Assembly (NCBI GenBank): GCA_036525955.1
Contig: DATCZJ010000013.1
Location: 2,072 to 66,071 of the forward strand
DNA length: 64,000 nucleotides
DNA from: Woeseiaceae bacterium
Lineage (GTDB): Bacteria; Pseudomonadota; Gammaproteobacteria; Steroidobacterales; Woeseiaceae
Direction of reading: 5' to 3'
Shown here: in pieces, positions 49,870 to 58,540 of the stretch
How the letters are laid out: every line of letters starts with the position of its first letter
Position numbering within the stretch: position 1 is the stretch's first letter
The notes under the pieces: generated by a model
Database searches by the model: none
The model's input: the letters and a program-made list of their open reading frames with translations, nothing else
What the model was told of the DNA's origin: nothing
Made by a program: the position numbers and the translations under genes

Positions 49870-50604
49870 TCAGGCGAGGTCGCCCCAGCGAGACTGCAGG
49901 ATGCCGAGGACCGCGACCGCCGCTGTTTCAGTCCGAAGGATTCGTGGGCCGACCGATACCGCACGGAATCCGGCCATCGCCGCATTGTCGTACTCCTGGC
50001 CGCTTAAGCCTCCCTCCGGCCCGATCAGCACGCGGACGAGCTTGCCCGGCGCCGCAATGCGGGCAAGCGGTTCCGCAGCGCCGGGCGCGAGAACCAGTTC
50101 GGCGTCTGCATCGGCCGGCTTGTCGCCGAGCCAGTTCCGCAGCGGCACGGGCTCGTCGATGAGCGGCAGGCGCGCGCGACCGCATTGCTCGCACGCGCTG
50201 ATGGCGACCTGCTGCCAGTGCTCGCGCCGCTTCGCGGCGCGTCGTGACTCGAGCCTGACGACGCCATACTCGGTGAGCACGGGCGTGATGCGCGAGACCC
50301 CGAGTTCCGTCGCCTTCTGCACCACGAAGTCCATGCGATCGCCGCGTGAAATGCCCTGTACGAGGTGAATCCCGAGCGGCGACTCGGTATGCATCTCGAC
50401 CGCTTCCCCGATGCGCAGCGTGACCGTGTGCTTCTGGATTCTTTCTATCGTGGCGGCGCATTCGAGGCCCTCGCCATCGAAGACCGCAATCCGGTCGCCG
50501 GTGCGCGCGCGCAGCACGCGCCCGAGGTACCGTGCCCGGTCGCCCTCGACCTCGATCGCTGCGCCGTTGATCAACGCGCCGGAAACAAATAGCCTCGTGG
50601 ACAT
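49870..50604 (-). CDS. rsmE: 16S rRNA (uracil1498-N3)-methyltransferase
   Basis: RsmE pattern: a PUA-like N-terminus, ...LVQGISRGDRMDFVVQKATELGV and GPEGGLSGQE. I chose the ATG at 50604 over the TTG at 50625. Confidence 0.85.
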   Translation of the reverse strand: MSTRLFVSGALINGAAIEVEGDRARYLGRVLRARTGDRIAVFDGEGLECAATIERIQKHTVTLRIGEAVEMHTESPLGIHLVQGISRGDRMDFVVQKATELGVSRITPVLTEYGVVRLESRRAAKRREHWQQVAISACEQCGRARLPLIDEPVPLRNWLGDKPADADAELVLAPGAAEPLARIAAPGKLVRVLIGPEGGLSGQEYDNAAMAGFRAVSVGPRILRTETAAVAVLGILQSRWGDLA

Positions 50605-50636
50605 GACATCGAGATCATGCCTCAACAGGATTCGCC

Positions 50637-51215
50637 GTGCCGCATAAATTCAGCATCGACCGCGCAACCGGATTACTGCGGCCCGCCGAGTACATCGCGA
50701 GCCCCAATCGCGATCCGCGCCCGGCAGGCGAAGACCCCTCCATGATCGTCATCCACGGCATCAGCCTGCCGCCGGGGGAGTTCGGCGGCGAGCACATCAC
50801 TTCGCTCTTTACGAATACGCTCGACTTCGACGCGCACCCGTATTTTCGCGAGATTCGCGGTCTCGAAGTATCGGCACATGTGCTCATTCGGCGCGACGGC
50901 AGCGTCATCCAGTACGTGCCGTTCAACGAGCGGGCCTGGCATGCCGGCGAGTCGCGCTTTCGCGGCAGGCATCGCTGCAACGATTTCTCGATCGGCATCG
51001 AGCTCGAAGGCGAGGATCAAACCCCGTACGAGCAACGGCAATATGCGGTGCTTGCGGGCATCATCCAGGCAATCTGCAAAGCCTACCCGGCGATTTCGGC
51101 ACGGGAGTGCGCCGCCCATTCGGACATCGCGCCGGGTCGTAAAACCGATCCAGGTCCTGCTTTCGACTGGCTGCGGCTGTATGATTCACTGGAATCCGGG
51201 AGCCGACGCACATGA
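50637..51215 (+). CDS. ampD: 1,6-anhydro-N-acetylmuramyl-L-alanine amidase
   Basis: Amidase_2 motifs are present: IVIHGISLPPGEFGG, SAHVLIRRDG, ERAWHAG, and HSDIAPGRKTDPG. Confidence 0.9.
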   Translation: MPHKFSIDRATGLLRPAEYIASPNRDPRPAGEDPSMIVIHGISLPPGEFGGEHITSLFTNTLDFDAHPYFREIRGLEVSAHVLIRRDGSVIQYVPFNERAWHAGESRFRGRHRCNDFSIGIELEGEDQTPYEQRQYAVLAGIIQAICKAYPAISARECAAHSDIAPGRKTDPGPAFDWLRLYDSLESGSRRT

Positions 51216-52123
51216 ACCTGATCGCATTACTCATTGGACTGGTCATCGAGCGGCTTGCGACGCAACTGTTTCACTGGCGCCGCATGCGCTGGCTCGACCG
51301 GATCATCGACCTCGGCTTCCGGCTCGCCCTGAAACTCGGGACCTGGCCCGCGCTCGTACCAGTCGTCCTGCTGGCCGTGGTCCTGGTCCTGCCGGTGTTT
51401 GCCGTCATTTTCATGCTGGGCGACACGCTGGCCGGGTTCACCTACCTGCTGCTCGCCATCGTCGTGCTGTTTTTCTCGCTGGGCCCCGCGGACATCGGCG
51501 AGGAGGTCACCGAATATTGCCGCGCGCTGGCCGATGACGACGAGCACCGCGTGAACAACGCGGCAAAGGCCATCATAGAAGGCGATGTCCCTGACGATCC
51601 GCGAGAGCGCATCGCGCGCGTTGAAGCGGCAGTCTGCGTGCAGGCGAACAATCGCCTGTTTGCCGTGGTTTTCTGGTTCGTGGTGCTGGGTCCGCTGGCG
51701 GCATGGGCGTACCGCGTGACCGACCTGATCCGCCGTCGCGCCGTGTTCAACGACGCGCGGGAAGAAACCAGCGACGATAACCTGAGGCGCGTGCGCGATG
51801 CGGCGATCACACTGCATGGCTGGGTGGCCTGGATCCCGGCGCGCCTGACCGCCATCGGCTATGCGGCCGCCGGCAACTTCGACGAAGCCATCGCGGCGCT
51901 GCGCGCGCCGACGGAGGAACGGCAGGCGACGCTGTCGGAGCAGAGCGAGAATCTGCTGGCGCGTGTCGGCACAGCGGCATTATCTCTCATGGACCGCGCC
52001 GAGGAGACCGTGGCCGAGCGCGGCGTGCGCGGCGCGACGGCCGCCAACCACCTGGTTTTCAGGCTGCTGCTGATCTGGGCCGTGGTCATTGCCGCGATGA
52101 CGCTTTACGGCTTTACGCAATGA
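51212..52123 (+). CDS. ampE: AmpE-like regulatory membrane protein
   Basis: The start overlaps the ampD stop (ATGA). The N-terminus MNLIALLIGLVIERL and the overall TM layout parallel E. coli AmpE. Confidence 0.8.
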   Translation: MNLIALLIGLVIERLATQLFHWRRMRWLDRIIDLGFRLALKLGTWPALVPVVLLAVVLVLPVFAVIFMLGDTLAGFTYLLLAIVVLFFSLGPADIGEEVTEYCRALADDDEHRVNNAAKAIIEGDVPDDPRERIARVEAAVCVQANNRLFAVVFWFVVLGPLAAWAYRVTDLIRRRAVFNDAREETSDDNLRRVRDAAITLHGWVAWIPARLTAIGYAAAGNFDEAIAALRAPTEERQATLSEQSENLLARVGTAALSLMDRAEETVAERGVRGATAANHLVFRLLLIWAVVIAAMTLYGFTQ

Positions 52124-52983
52124 TCCGGCGGCTGGCGTCGGCCTTCGTGCTGGCGTCGCTCCTGGCCTGCTCCGGGAATCACGACGCACCGCCCACGGGC
52201 ACGGCTGCAAGAATCGTGACGCTCGCGCCGAACCTCGCGGAACTCGTGTATGCCGTTGGCGCGGGCGAACAGCTCGTCGGCGTCAGCGCGTGGTCCGACT
52301 ATCCCCGTGTCGTGATGGATCTGCCGATGGTCGGTGACGCCTTCATGATCGACCAGGAGCAGCTCGCGATGCTGGCGCCCGATCTACTGCTGGTGTGGGA
52401 AAGCGGGACGCCGGCGCATACGGTCGAGAGGTTGCGCAACCAGGGGTATCGCGTCGAGGCGATTCGCACGCGCGGGCTTGCGGACATTCCGGCGGCCATG
52501 CGCCGCATCGGCGTACTCACGGGGCATGAAGACACCGCCGAACAGGCCGCCGCATCGTTTACGAGCGAACTCGACCGCTTGCGCGCGGCCTACGCGGATG
52601 CCGAGGACATCTCGGTTTTCTACCAGGTGAGCGCGCGGCCGTTGTACACGATCAACCGCGAACACTACGTCAGCGAACTCATCACGATCTGCGGCGGCCG
52701 CAATGTGTTTGACGACCTCGACGACCTGGCGCCGACGATTGCCGTCGAGGCCGTGGTCGATCGGGATCCTGAGGTGATGCTCGCGAGCACCGACGCCGGC
52801 GACGACGCTTTCGCCGAGTGGGAGCGCTGGCCGGACCTGGCCGCGATACGCCTCGGTAACCAGTTCCTGCTGCCCGCGGACGAGATCGCGCGCGCGACGC
52901 CGCGGCTCACGATCGCGGGCAATGCGATGTGCCTTGCATTGCAGCAGGCGCGCGACAATCGCGCGCGGCAGATGGCGCCATGA
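52120..52983 (+). CDS. btuF: periplasmic cobalamin/siderophore-type ABC substrate-binding lipoprotein (BtuF-like)
   Basis: Lipobox LLACSG is followed by RIVTLAPNLAELVYAVGAGEQLVGVS..SDYP, typical of BtuF/TroA-like binding proteins. The start overlaps the ampE stop. Confidence 0.75.
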   Translation: MIRRLASAFVLASLLACSGNHDAPPTGTAARIVTLAPNLAELVYAVGAGEQLVGVSAWSDYPRVVMDLPMVGDAFMIDQEQLAMLAPDLLLVWESGTPAHTVERLRNQGYRVEAIRTRGLADIPAAMRRIGVLTGHEDTAEQAAASFTSELDRLRAAYADAEDISVFYQVSARPLYTINREHYVSELITICGGRNVFDDLDDLAPTIAVEAVVDRDPEVMLASTDAGDDAFAEWERWPDLAAIRLGNQFLLPADEIARATPRLTIAGNAMCLALQQARDNRARQMAP

Positions 52984-53420
52984 CGGCTGCGAGCCGCGTC
53001 CGCCCGGCCAGGGCCGAGGACTTCGAGGTGGCGAAGCGCCTGCTCGAAGGCAACGGGCTGCCCGTCAACGACCTGACGCGCGGGCATCTCGCTTTCGCCG
53101 CGACCGAGGCCGGTCAGGTCATCGGCGTGATCGGGGTCGAAACGCTCGACGACACGGGCCTGCTGCGATCGCTCGTCGTTGCGCCACAGGCCCGCGGGCG
53201 CGCCGTGGGCGAGGCGCTCGTGGATGCGCTAGAGCGTGATTGCCGGAATCGCGGCATCGGCAGCCTGTGGCTGCTCACCACGGACGCCGATCGATATTTC
53301 ACCCGGCTCGGTTACAGCGCCCGCGACCGATTGCAGGCGCCGGCGGTGGTGCGCAATACGGCGCAATTTTCGACGCTGTGTCCTGCCAGCGCAGTGCTGA
53401 TGTACAAGGCGCTGGACTGA
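52980..53420 (+). CDS. GNAT-family N-acetyltransferase (ArsN2/ArgA-like small form)
   Basis: The ATG overlaps the preceding stop (ATGA). The acetyl-CoA motif is LVVAPQARGRAVGEALV. Confidence 0.8.
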   Translation: MTAASRVRPARAEDFEVAKRLLEGNGLPVNDLTRGHLAFAATEAGQVIGVIGVETLDDTGLLRSLVVAPQARGRAVGEALVDALERDCRNRGIGSLWLLTTDADRYFTRLGYSARDRLQAPAVVRNTAQFSTLCPASAVLMYKALD

Positions 53421-53446
53421 GGCGCGACGCGAGCCGCCGCCGGATC

Positions 53447-54004
53447 CTATGAGGCCGTTCGGCTGCGGTCCCAGAGTACTTCGCGGCCCGATTCGCTGCG
53501 CGCGAGAATGCGTGCGACCACGAACAGGAGATCGGACAAACGGTTCAGGTAGCGAATCACCTCGGGTCGCACCGGCTCGGCGGCGCTGAGCGAACTGACG
53601 CGCCGCTCCGCGCGGCGAACGATGGTCCGCGCGACATGGCACGCGGCCGCCGCCGGTCCGCCGCCGGGCAGGATGAATTCCTTCAGCACCGGCAGATTCG
53701 CGTTGAACGCGTCGAGCTGTTGCTCGAGCCGGTCGACGAATGCCTGGGTCACGGCGCTGTGTCCCGGGATACAGAGTTCCCCGCCGAGTTCGAACAGGTC
53801 GTGCTGTACCTCGGTCAGGCAATCGCGGACGTCGGCGGGTACGGTGTCTGCGGCGAGCACCAGGCCGATCGCGCTGTTGGCCTCGTCGACCGTGCCGTAG
53901 GCTTCGACGCGCAGGCTGTCCTTGCGTGTGCGCGAGCCGTCGCCGAGGCCTGTCGTGCCGTCGTCGCCCGTGCGCGTGTAGATCTTGGAAAGCCTGTTAC
54001 CCAT
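53447..54004 (-). CDS. ATP:cob(I)alamin adenosyltransferase, PduO type
   Basis: KIYTRTGDDGTTGL......R.RKD..RVEAYGTVDE is the PduO-type ATR signature. The product is 185 aa. Confidence 0.9.
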   Translation of the reverse strand: MGNRLSKIYTRTGDDGTTGLGDGSRTRKDSLRVEAYGTVDEANSAIGLVLAADTVPADVRDCLTEVQHDLFELGGELCIPGHSAVTQAFVDRLEQQLDAFNANLPVLKEFILPGGGPAAAACHVARTIVRRAERRVSSLSAAEPVRPEVIRYLNRLSDLLFVVARILARSESGREVLWDRSRTAS

Positions 54005-54125
54005 GCGGTGCTCCGCGCAATTGCCAGAAGGGGGCGTATTTTAGCCCGACTCGCGCCGGGCCCGCTTGTTTCTTCGGGGCCGAGCGGCGATAGTCGTGCC
54101 CGATCGTGACCTTACGGGGACTGAT

Positions 54126-54920
54126 GTGGACACATTTTCGGACAGCGACGCCTCGGCGGAACTGAGCGTCGCGCTCGAGGCGGCGCGGGCGGCCGCGGCG
54201 ATCAGCCGGCACTATTACGCCGGTAACTTCGAGGTCACGACGAAGGCGGACCTGACGCCAGTGACCCAGGCTGACGTGGAATGCGAGCAGGCGATTCGCG
54301 AAACCATCCTCGCGGCATTCCCCGAGCACGGCTTCTTCGGCGAAGAAACCGGCAAGACACGCGCCGGGGCGGATTACCTCTGGCTGGTCGACCCGATCGA
54401 CGGCACCAAGGGTTTCGTGCGCCAGTACCCGTTCTTCTCGACGCAGATCGCGCTGATGCATCGCGGCGCGATCGTGCTCGGCGTCTCGAGCGGCACGATG
54501 ATGGACGAGCTGGCATGGGCCGAAACCGGCAAGGGGGCGTGGCTGAATGGCGGGCGGCTTGCCGTGAGCACCATCGACGATCCCGATCGCGCCGCGGTAT
54601 CGACGGGGAATCTGAAATCGCTCGCACGGAGTGACGGCTGGGCACACCTCGCCGAGATTGTCGCGCGAGCGGACCGTATTCGCGGCTACGGCGATTTTTA
54701 TCACTATCACCTGCTCGCGGCGGGCAAGATCGAGGCCGTCATCGAGTCCGACGTCAATATCCTCGATATCGCAGCGCTATCCGTGATCGTGCGGGAGGCA
54801 GGCGGCGTGTTTACGGACCTGAATGGCGAGCCCCCCGGGCTCGACACACGCTCGGTCCTCGCGGCCAACCCGTCGCTGCACGCGACCTACCTGGCGCAGC
54901 TACGAGGCTTCGTCGCCTGA
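54126..54920 (+). CDS. inositol monophosphatase family protein (possibly histidinol-phosphatase HisN type)
   Basis: IMPase motifs FGEETG and WLVDPIDGTKGF, plus a C-terminal GDF-type motif. I chose the GTG at 54126 inside track ORF 54066..54920. Confidence 0.8.
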   Translation: MDTFSDSDASAELSVALEAARAAAAISRHYYAGNFEVTTKADLTPVTQADVECEQAIRETILAAFPEHGFFGEETGKTRAGADYLWLVDPIDGTKGFVRQYPFFSTQIALMHRGAIVLGVSSGTMMDELAWAETGKGAWLNGGRLAVSTIDDPDRAAVSTGNLKSLARSDGWAHLAEIVARADRIRGYGDFYHYHLLAAGKIEAVIESDVNILDIAALSVIVREAGGVFTDLNGEPPGLDTRSVLAANPSLHATYLAQLRGFVA

Positions 54921-55694
54921 CGCGACATAGAGGCGGTGTGTTCGCCACGGGATGGACTCGATCGGCGTCGCATAGAGTTCCGTCAGGCGCGCCGCGTCGA
55001 GGACGTCGCCGGTCGCGCCGAGGTCCCATCGGCCATCGCCATACAGAAGCAGGCAGCGATCCGCGTATCGAACGGCCAGGTTGACGTCGTGCAGGCTCGC
55101 GATCACGGCGGCGCCCGCGTCGGCGCGTTCGCGAAACAGCCGCAGTGCATCGAGCTGGTGCTGCGGATCGAGGTGATTCGTCGGTTCGTCGAGCAGGTAG
55201 ACGTCCGGCCGCTGCGTCAGGACCTGGGCGATGGCAAGGCGCCGCCGTTCGCCGCCCGAGAGCGTCAGCACATCGCGGTGCGCGAGCCCGTCGAGATCGA
55301 CAGCCGATAATGCCGCGTTGGTGATCGCAATATCCTCGGCCGACTCGCGCTGAAAGCGCCCGATATGCGGGTGGCGGCCGATCATCGCCGTCTCCAGCGC
55401 GGTCGCCGGGAAGACGTCGTCGACATGTTGCGGCAAGAGCGCCAGGTGCCGCGCGATGTCCTGGCGCCGGGACGCGGCGAGCTCGCTGCCCCGCACGCGG
55501 ATCGAGCCCGCCGGCGCAGGCCGCAGCCCGGCCATCGTGTGCATCGTCAGGGATTTGCCGACGCCGTTCCGGCCCAGGATGGCGACGAATTCGCGGGCGT
55601 GGACGGCCAGCGAAAGCCGCTCGACCAGCACGCGGCCGGCGACCTCGACGCGCAGCGCGTCGCATTCGAAAAGCGGGGTAGCCTGATCGTGCAT
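54900..55694 (-). CDS. ABC transporter ATP-binding protein (FecE/BtuD-like iron-siderophore/cobalamin type)
   Basis: The ATG at 55694 gives 264 aa with Walker A GRNGVGKS, the signature LSGGERRR and Walker B YLLDEP. No permease gene is adjacent. Confidence 0.85.
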   Translation of the reverse strand: MHDQATPLFECDALRVEVAGRVLVERLSLAVHAREFVAILGRNGVGKSLTMHTMAGLRPAPAGSIRVRGSELAASRRQDIARHLALLPQHVDDVFPATALETAMIGRHPHIGRFQRESAEDIAITNAALSAVDLDGLAHRDVLTLSGGERRRLAIAQVLTQRPDVYLLDEPTNHLDPQHQLDALRLFRERADAGAAVIASLHDVNLAVRYADRCLLLYGDGRWDLGATGDVLDAARLTELYATPIESIPWRTHRLYVASGDEAS

Positions 55695-55735
55695 GTTGCG
55701 AGCGTAGCCCAGAAGGCCGCGTCGCAAAAGAACGC

Positions 55736-56506
55736 CTAGTCGGTCAGGCGAATTTCGCGGGCCGTCTGCGGGCCGATCACGGCAAAGTCGAGGCTCTTGG
55801 GGATGATCGAATCGTCCACGGCGATGGCGATCCGGCCGCCCATGATTTCCGCGAGTGTCTGCGGGTAGAGCGGTTCCCTTTGCGGCTCTGCCAGCCCGTG
55901 CGGACCGACAGGATGCCCGGTATCCGGACTGTACTTGTCGGTCGCGCCGAGGGTATGCAGGAACTCGTGCGCGATCACCAGGTTGTTGGTCCCCCGATGA
56001 CGCCTGCTGGCATAGCCGTTGACGACGCCGACCATCCCTTTTTGCAGGCCAACGGAGTTTTCGAGACGAATCGCCGCATCGGGGTTGTGGTAGCGCACGA
56101 AGATGCGCACATCGGGTTCGATTCGATCCTGCGCGTCGCCCACGCTGTCGGCCCACCAGCGCATCCTGAGAGACCACCACATGACGGACAGCACGTTGGG
56201 CGAGGCTGGCAGGTCAGGCGGCTGTTCGGCGACCGGCAGGCCGAGTTCGACTCGCACGGGCTTTTCGAGCGTCGCGCCATAGCGGCGCGCTTCCCTTTCG
56301 ACGAATGCCTCGATGCCTTCGAACTCACTCAGTTCGAGATTTTCGACATAGCCCGCCGCGACCGGGCTGCCGTCGCCATTGATCGGGTACACCTTGACCC
56401 ACAGGCTGTTGTTCCAGTCGGTGCTGCGCGCCTGCGTCAGCCAGCTGCCGAAAGCAACGAAAAACAGGATGAACAGCAGGATCGAGATGCGTATAGCCTT
56501 GAACAT
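55736..56506 (-). CDS. hypothetical membrane-anchored putative zinc metalloprotease (HExxHxxGxxD motif)
   Basis: An N-terminal TM (ISILLFILFFVAFGSWL) is followed by VIAHEFLHTLGATDKY. I recognise no named family. Confidence 0.7.
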   Translation of the reverse strand: MFKAIRISILLFILFFVAFGSWLTQARSTDWNNSLWVKVYPINGDGSPVAAGYVENLELSEFEGIEAFVEREARRYGATLEKPVRVELGLPVAEQPPDLPASPNVLSVMWWSLRMRWWADSVGDAQDRIEPDVRIFVRYHNPDAAIRLENSVGLQKGMVGVVNGYASRRHRGTNNLVIAHEFLHTLGATDKYSPDTGHPVGPHGLAEPQREPLYPQTLAEIMGGRIAIAVDDSIIPKSLDFAVIGPQTAREIRLTD

Positions 56507-56520
56507 CAGCCGGTAATCTC

Positions 56521-58050
56521 TCAGTAAGCAGGGGCGCGTCGCACTCCGGTAGCCTGCTCGAACGCGTAGGCGATCTCTATGAGCTGTTTCTCATTCCAGG
56601 CCCTGCCGATGAAACTGAGTCCGATCGGCAGGCCGGATACGAAGCCTGCCGGCACCGTGACGCTCGGGTAGCCCGATACGGCCGCGAGCGACGAACTGCC
56701 GATACTGAACGAATCGCCGTTGACGTGATCGATCATCCAGGCAGGTCCGTTGGTTACCGCGACCAGCGCATCCAGCGCGTTGTCGTCGAGGACGCCATCG
56801 AGGCCCGTGCGCGCAATGTCCTTGCTCTTCGCGAGCGCCTCGAGATACGCCGCCTCTGTCAGCGGCCCGCGCGATTCGGCCTCCGTGAAGATTTCCTGGC
56901 CGAAAATCGCGAGGACCTTGTCGGCGTTCGCGGCGTTGAAGTCGATCAATTCCGCGAGCGTGACCAGCGGCGCGCCGGAGCCATCGAGATACGCGTTCAG
57001 GTCGGTTTTGAACTCATACAACAGGACCTCGTACTCGGCTTCGTCCATGCCGTCGGTATCGATCGTGAGCTCATCGACGATCGTGGCGCCGGCTGCTCCG
57101 AGTGCCTCGACGCTCGCTTCGAAGATGGCGTCGACCTGCGGGTTGCTGCCTGCGCCATGCCAGGAGCGCAGCACGCCGATGCGTTTTCCCTGCAGGGCGT
57201 CGGCCGTGAGGTTCGCGGAATAATCGTGATGAATGGCCGCCGCCGCGGTCGCTGAATCGGCGGCGTCGACGCCCGTCATCGCGCTGAGCAGTATTGCCGC
57301 ATCACGCACGGTTCGGGCCATCGGGCCGGCCGTATCCTGGCTGTGCGCGATCGGAATGATGCCGCTGCGGCTGACGAGGCCCAGTGTCGGCTTGATGCCG
57401 ACGATGCCGTTGATGCCCGACGGGCAGACGATCGAGCCGTCGGTTTCAGTACCGACCGCAACGACGGTCAGGTTAGCCGCGACGGCGACGCCGGAGCCGC
57501 TCGATGAACCGCAGGGCGTGCGAGCCGGGTCATAGGGATTGCGCGTCTGGCCGCCGACGCTGCTCCAGCCGCTGGAAGAGCGCGTGGAGCGAAAGTTCGC
57601 CCATTCGCTGAGGTTGGCCTTGCCGAGGATCACGGCGCCGGCATTGCGCAGGCGCTTGACGAGAAATGCGTCCTCGGCCGGCGCATGGTCCGCGAGGGCG
57701 AGCGAACCCGCACTCGTGGCCATCTGGTCGGCCGTGTCGATATTCGCCTTGAGCACCACCGGGATGCCGTGCAGCGGCCCGCGCGGCCCCGAGTTGCGCC
57801 ATTCCTCGTCGAGCGCCCGGGCAATGGCGCGCGCATCCGGGTTGAGTTCGATGATGGCCCGCAATTCGGGGCCGCTGCGATCGAGCCGTTCGATGCGATC
57901 GAGATACCAGTCGACGATGGCCTCGGAGCTGACTTCGCCCCGCTGCATGCGGTCATGCAACTCGGCGATGTTCGCTTCCGCAAGATCCGGTGTATCGGGC
58001 GCACAGCCCGCCAGGGCGAAGACTGCCGCCGCGAACCAAATTCTCTTCAT
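56521..58050 (-). CDS. amidase-signature (AS) family amidase, lipoprotein
   Basis: The ATG at 58050 gives MKRIWFAAAVFALAGC (lipobox). AS motifs GGSSSGSG-like CGSSSGSGVAVAA and a catalytic Ser/Lys context are present. Confidence 0.85.
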   Translation of the reverse strand: MKRIWFAAAVFALAGCAPDTPDLAEANIAELHDRMQRGEVSSEAIVDWYLDRIERLDRSGPELRAIIELNPDARAIARALDEEWRNSGPRGPLHGIPVVLKANIDTADQMATSAGSLALADHAPAEDAFLVKRLRNAGAVILGKANLSEWANFRSTRSSSGWSSVGGQTRNPYDPARTPCGSSSGSGVAVAANLTVVAVGTETDGSIVCPSGINGIVGIKPTLGLVSRSGIIPIAHSQDTAGPMARTVRDAAILLSAMTGVDAADSATAAAAIHHDYSANLTADALQGKRIGVLRSWHGAGSNPQVDAIFEASVEALGAAGATIVDELTIDTDGMDEAEYEVLLYEFKTDLNAYLDGSGAPLVTLAELIDFNAANADKVLAIFGQEIFTEAESRGPLTEAAYLEALAKSKDIARTGLDGVLDDNALDALVAVTNGPAWMIDHVNGDSFSIGSSSLAAVSGYPSVTVPAGFVSGLPIGLSFIGRAWNEKQLIEIAYAFEQATGVRRAPAY

Positions 58051-58135
58051 CTTCAGGCTCCGTTGCATGCCGGCCGGCCGGGCGACGTACCCGCGCACGC
58101 GGTCGCCGTGGTAACGCGTGTCTGCCGATTCTGCC

Positions 58136-58172
58136 AAAGAAAAAGCCCCGCGGCGTTAGCGGCGGGGCTGGA
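58136..58172 (-). terminator. rho-independent terminator
   Basis: The minus strand reads AGCCCCGC-(10-nt loop)-GCGGGGCU followed by UUUUUCUUU. It lies 86 nt upstream of the amidase ATG. Confidence 0.7.
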
Positions 58173-58344
58173 TTCTCTTTTTTATCAAAAGAGGTAACTG
58201 CAAATTCGGGCAACCGGTGACAGACCGTTTCTTATTGTCGTTGGATCCGGATCTTCTTGTTTTTATAGTTATTGTTCTTCTGGCGTCTAAATCCTGTTTC
58301 TGACCGATAATCGTTACCCGACGCAGTTACACTTCGCTTGGGCA
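58137..58344 (-). ncRNA. candidate sigma-54-dependent small RNA or attenuating operon leader (unclassified, AAN-triplet rich)
   Basis: It is bounded by the predicted RpoN promoter and the terminator. It has no ATG/GTG-initiated ORF. Tracts AAGAACAAUAACUAUAAAAACAAGAAGA and AACGACAAUAAGAAAC are present, plus an A/U hairpin CUCUUUU-GAUAA-AAAAGAG. Confidence 0.35.
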
Positions 58345-58354
58345 CTCTAATCAA

Positions 58355-58370
58355 AGCAAGAGCTGTGCCA
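58355..58370 (-). promoter_or_regulatory. candidate sigma-54 (RpoN) -24/-12 promoter
   Basis: The minus strand reads TGGCAC-AGCTC-TTGCT. It has exact consensus GG/GC spacing (TGGCACG-N4-TTGCW) and sits in an AT-rich non-coding gap. Confidence 0.5.
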
Positions 58371-58518
58371 AGCGTTTCAGGTGTAACGTGAATTCAACGA
58401 TTTAGCGGTCGCTCAATGCGTTAGCAGGTACGCCTGTCGTCGGTTTTTGTAAATAATTCCGACAAATGCGCCTTGAACCCCCGCGATTCATCCTGGTTTT
58501 TTCGGCTAATCGCTTGAT

Positions 58519-58540
58519 TCGATTGCAGGTTTGCGATCGA
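58519..58540. promoter_or_regulatory. dyad symmetry element, possible enhancer-binding-protein site
   Basis: TCGATTGCA-GGTT-TGCGATCGA has 9-bp arms with 1 mismatch. It lies 150-170 bp upstream of the candidate -24 box. Confidence 0.25.

Noticed and set aside
55695-56180. N-terminal extension of the ABC ATPase ORF (the track gives 426 aa).
   Set aside because: It overlaps the well-formed HExxH-protein gene in another frame. The ABC domain begins at the MHDQATPLF start (55694).
58164-58175. GGGGCTGGATTC resembles the 5' end of tmRNA (GGGGCTGATTCTGGATTCGAC).
   Set aside because: The match does not continue, there is no tag reading frame or tRNA-like 3' end (TCCACCA), and the segment is simply one arm of the terminator hairpin.
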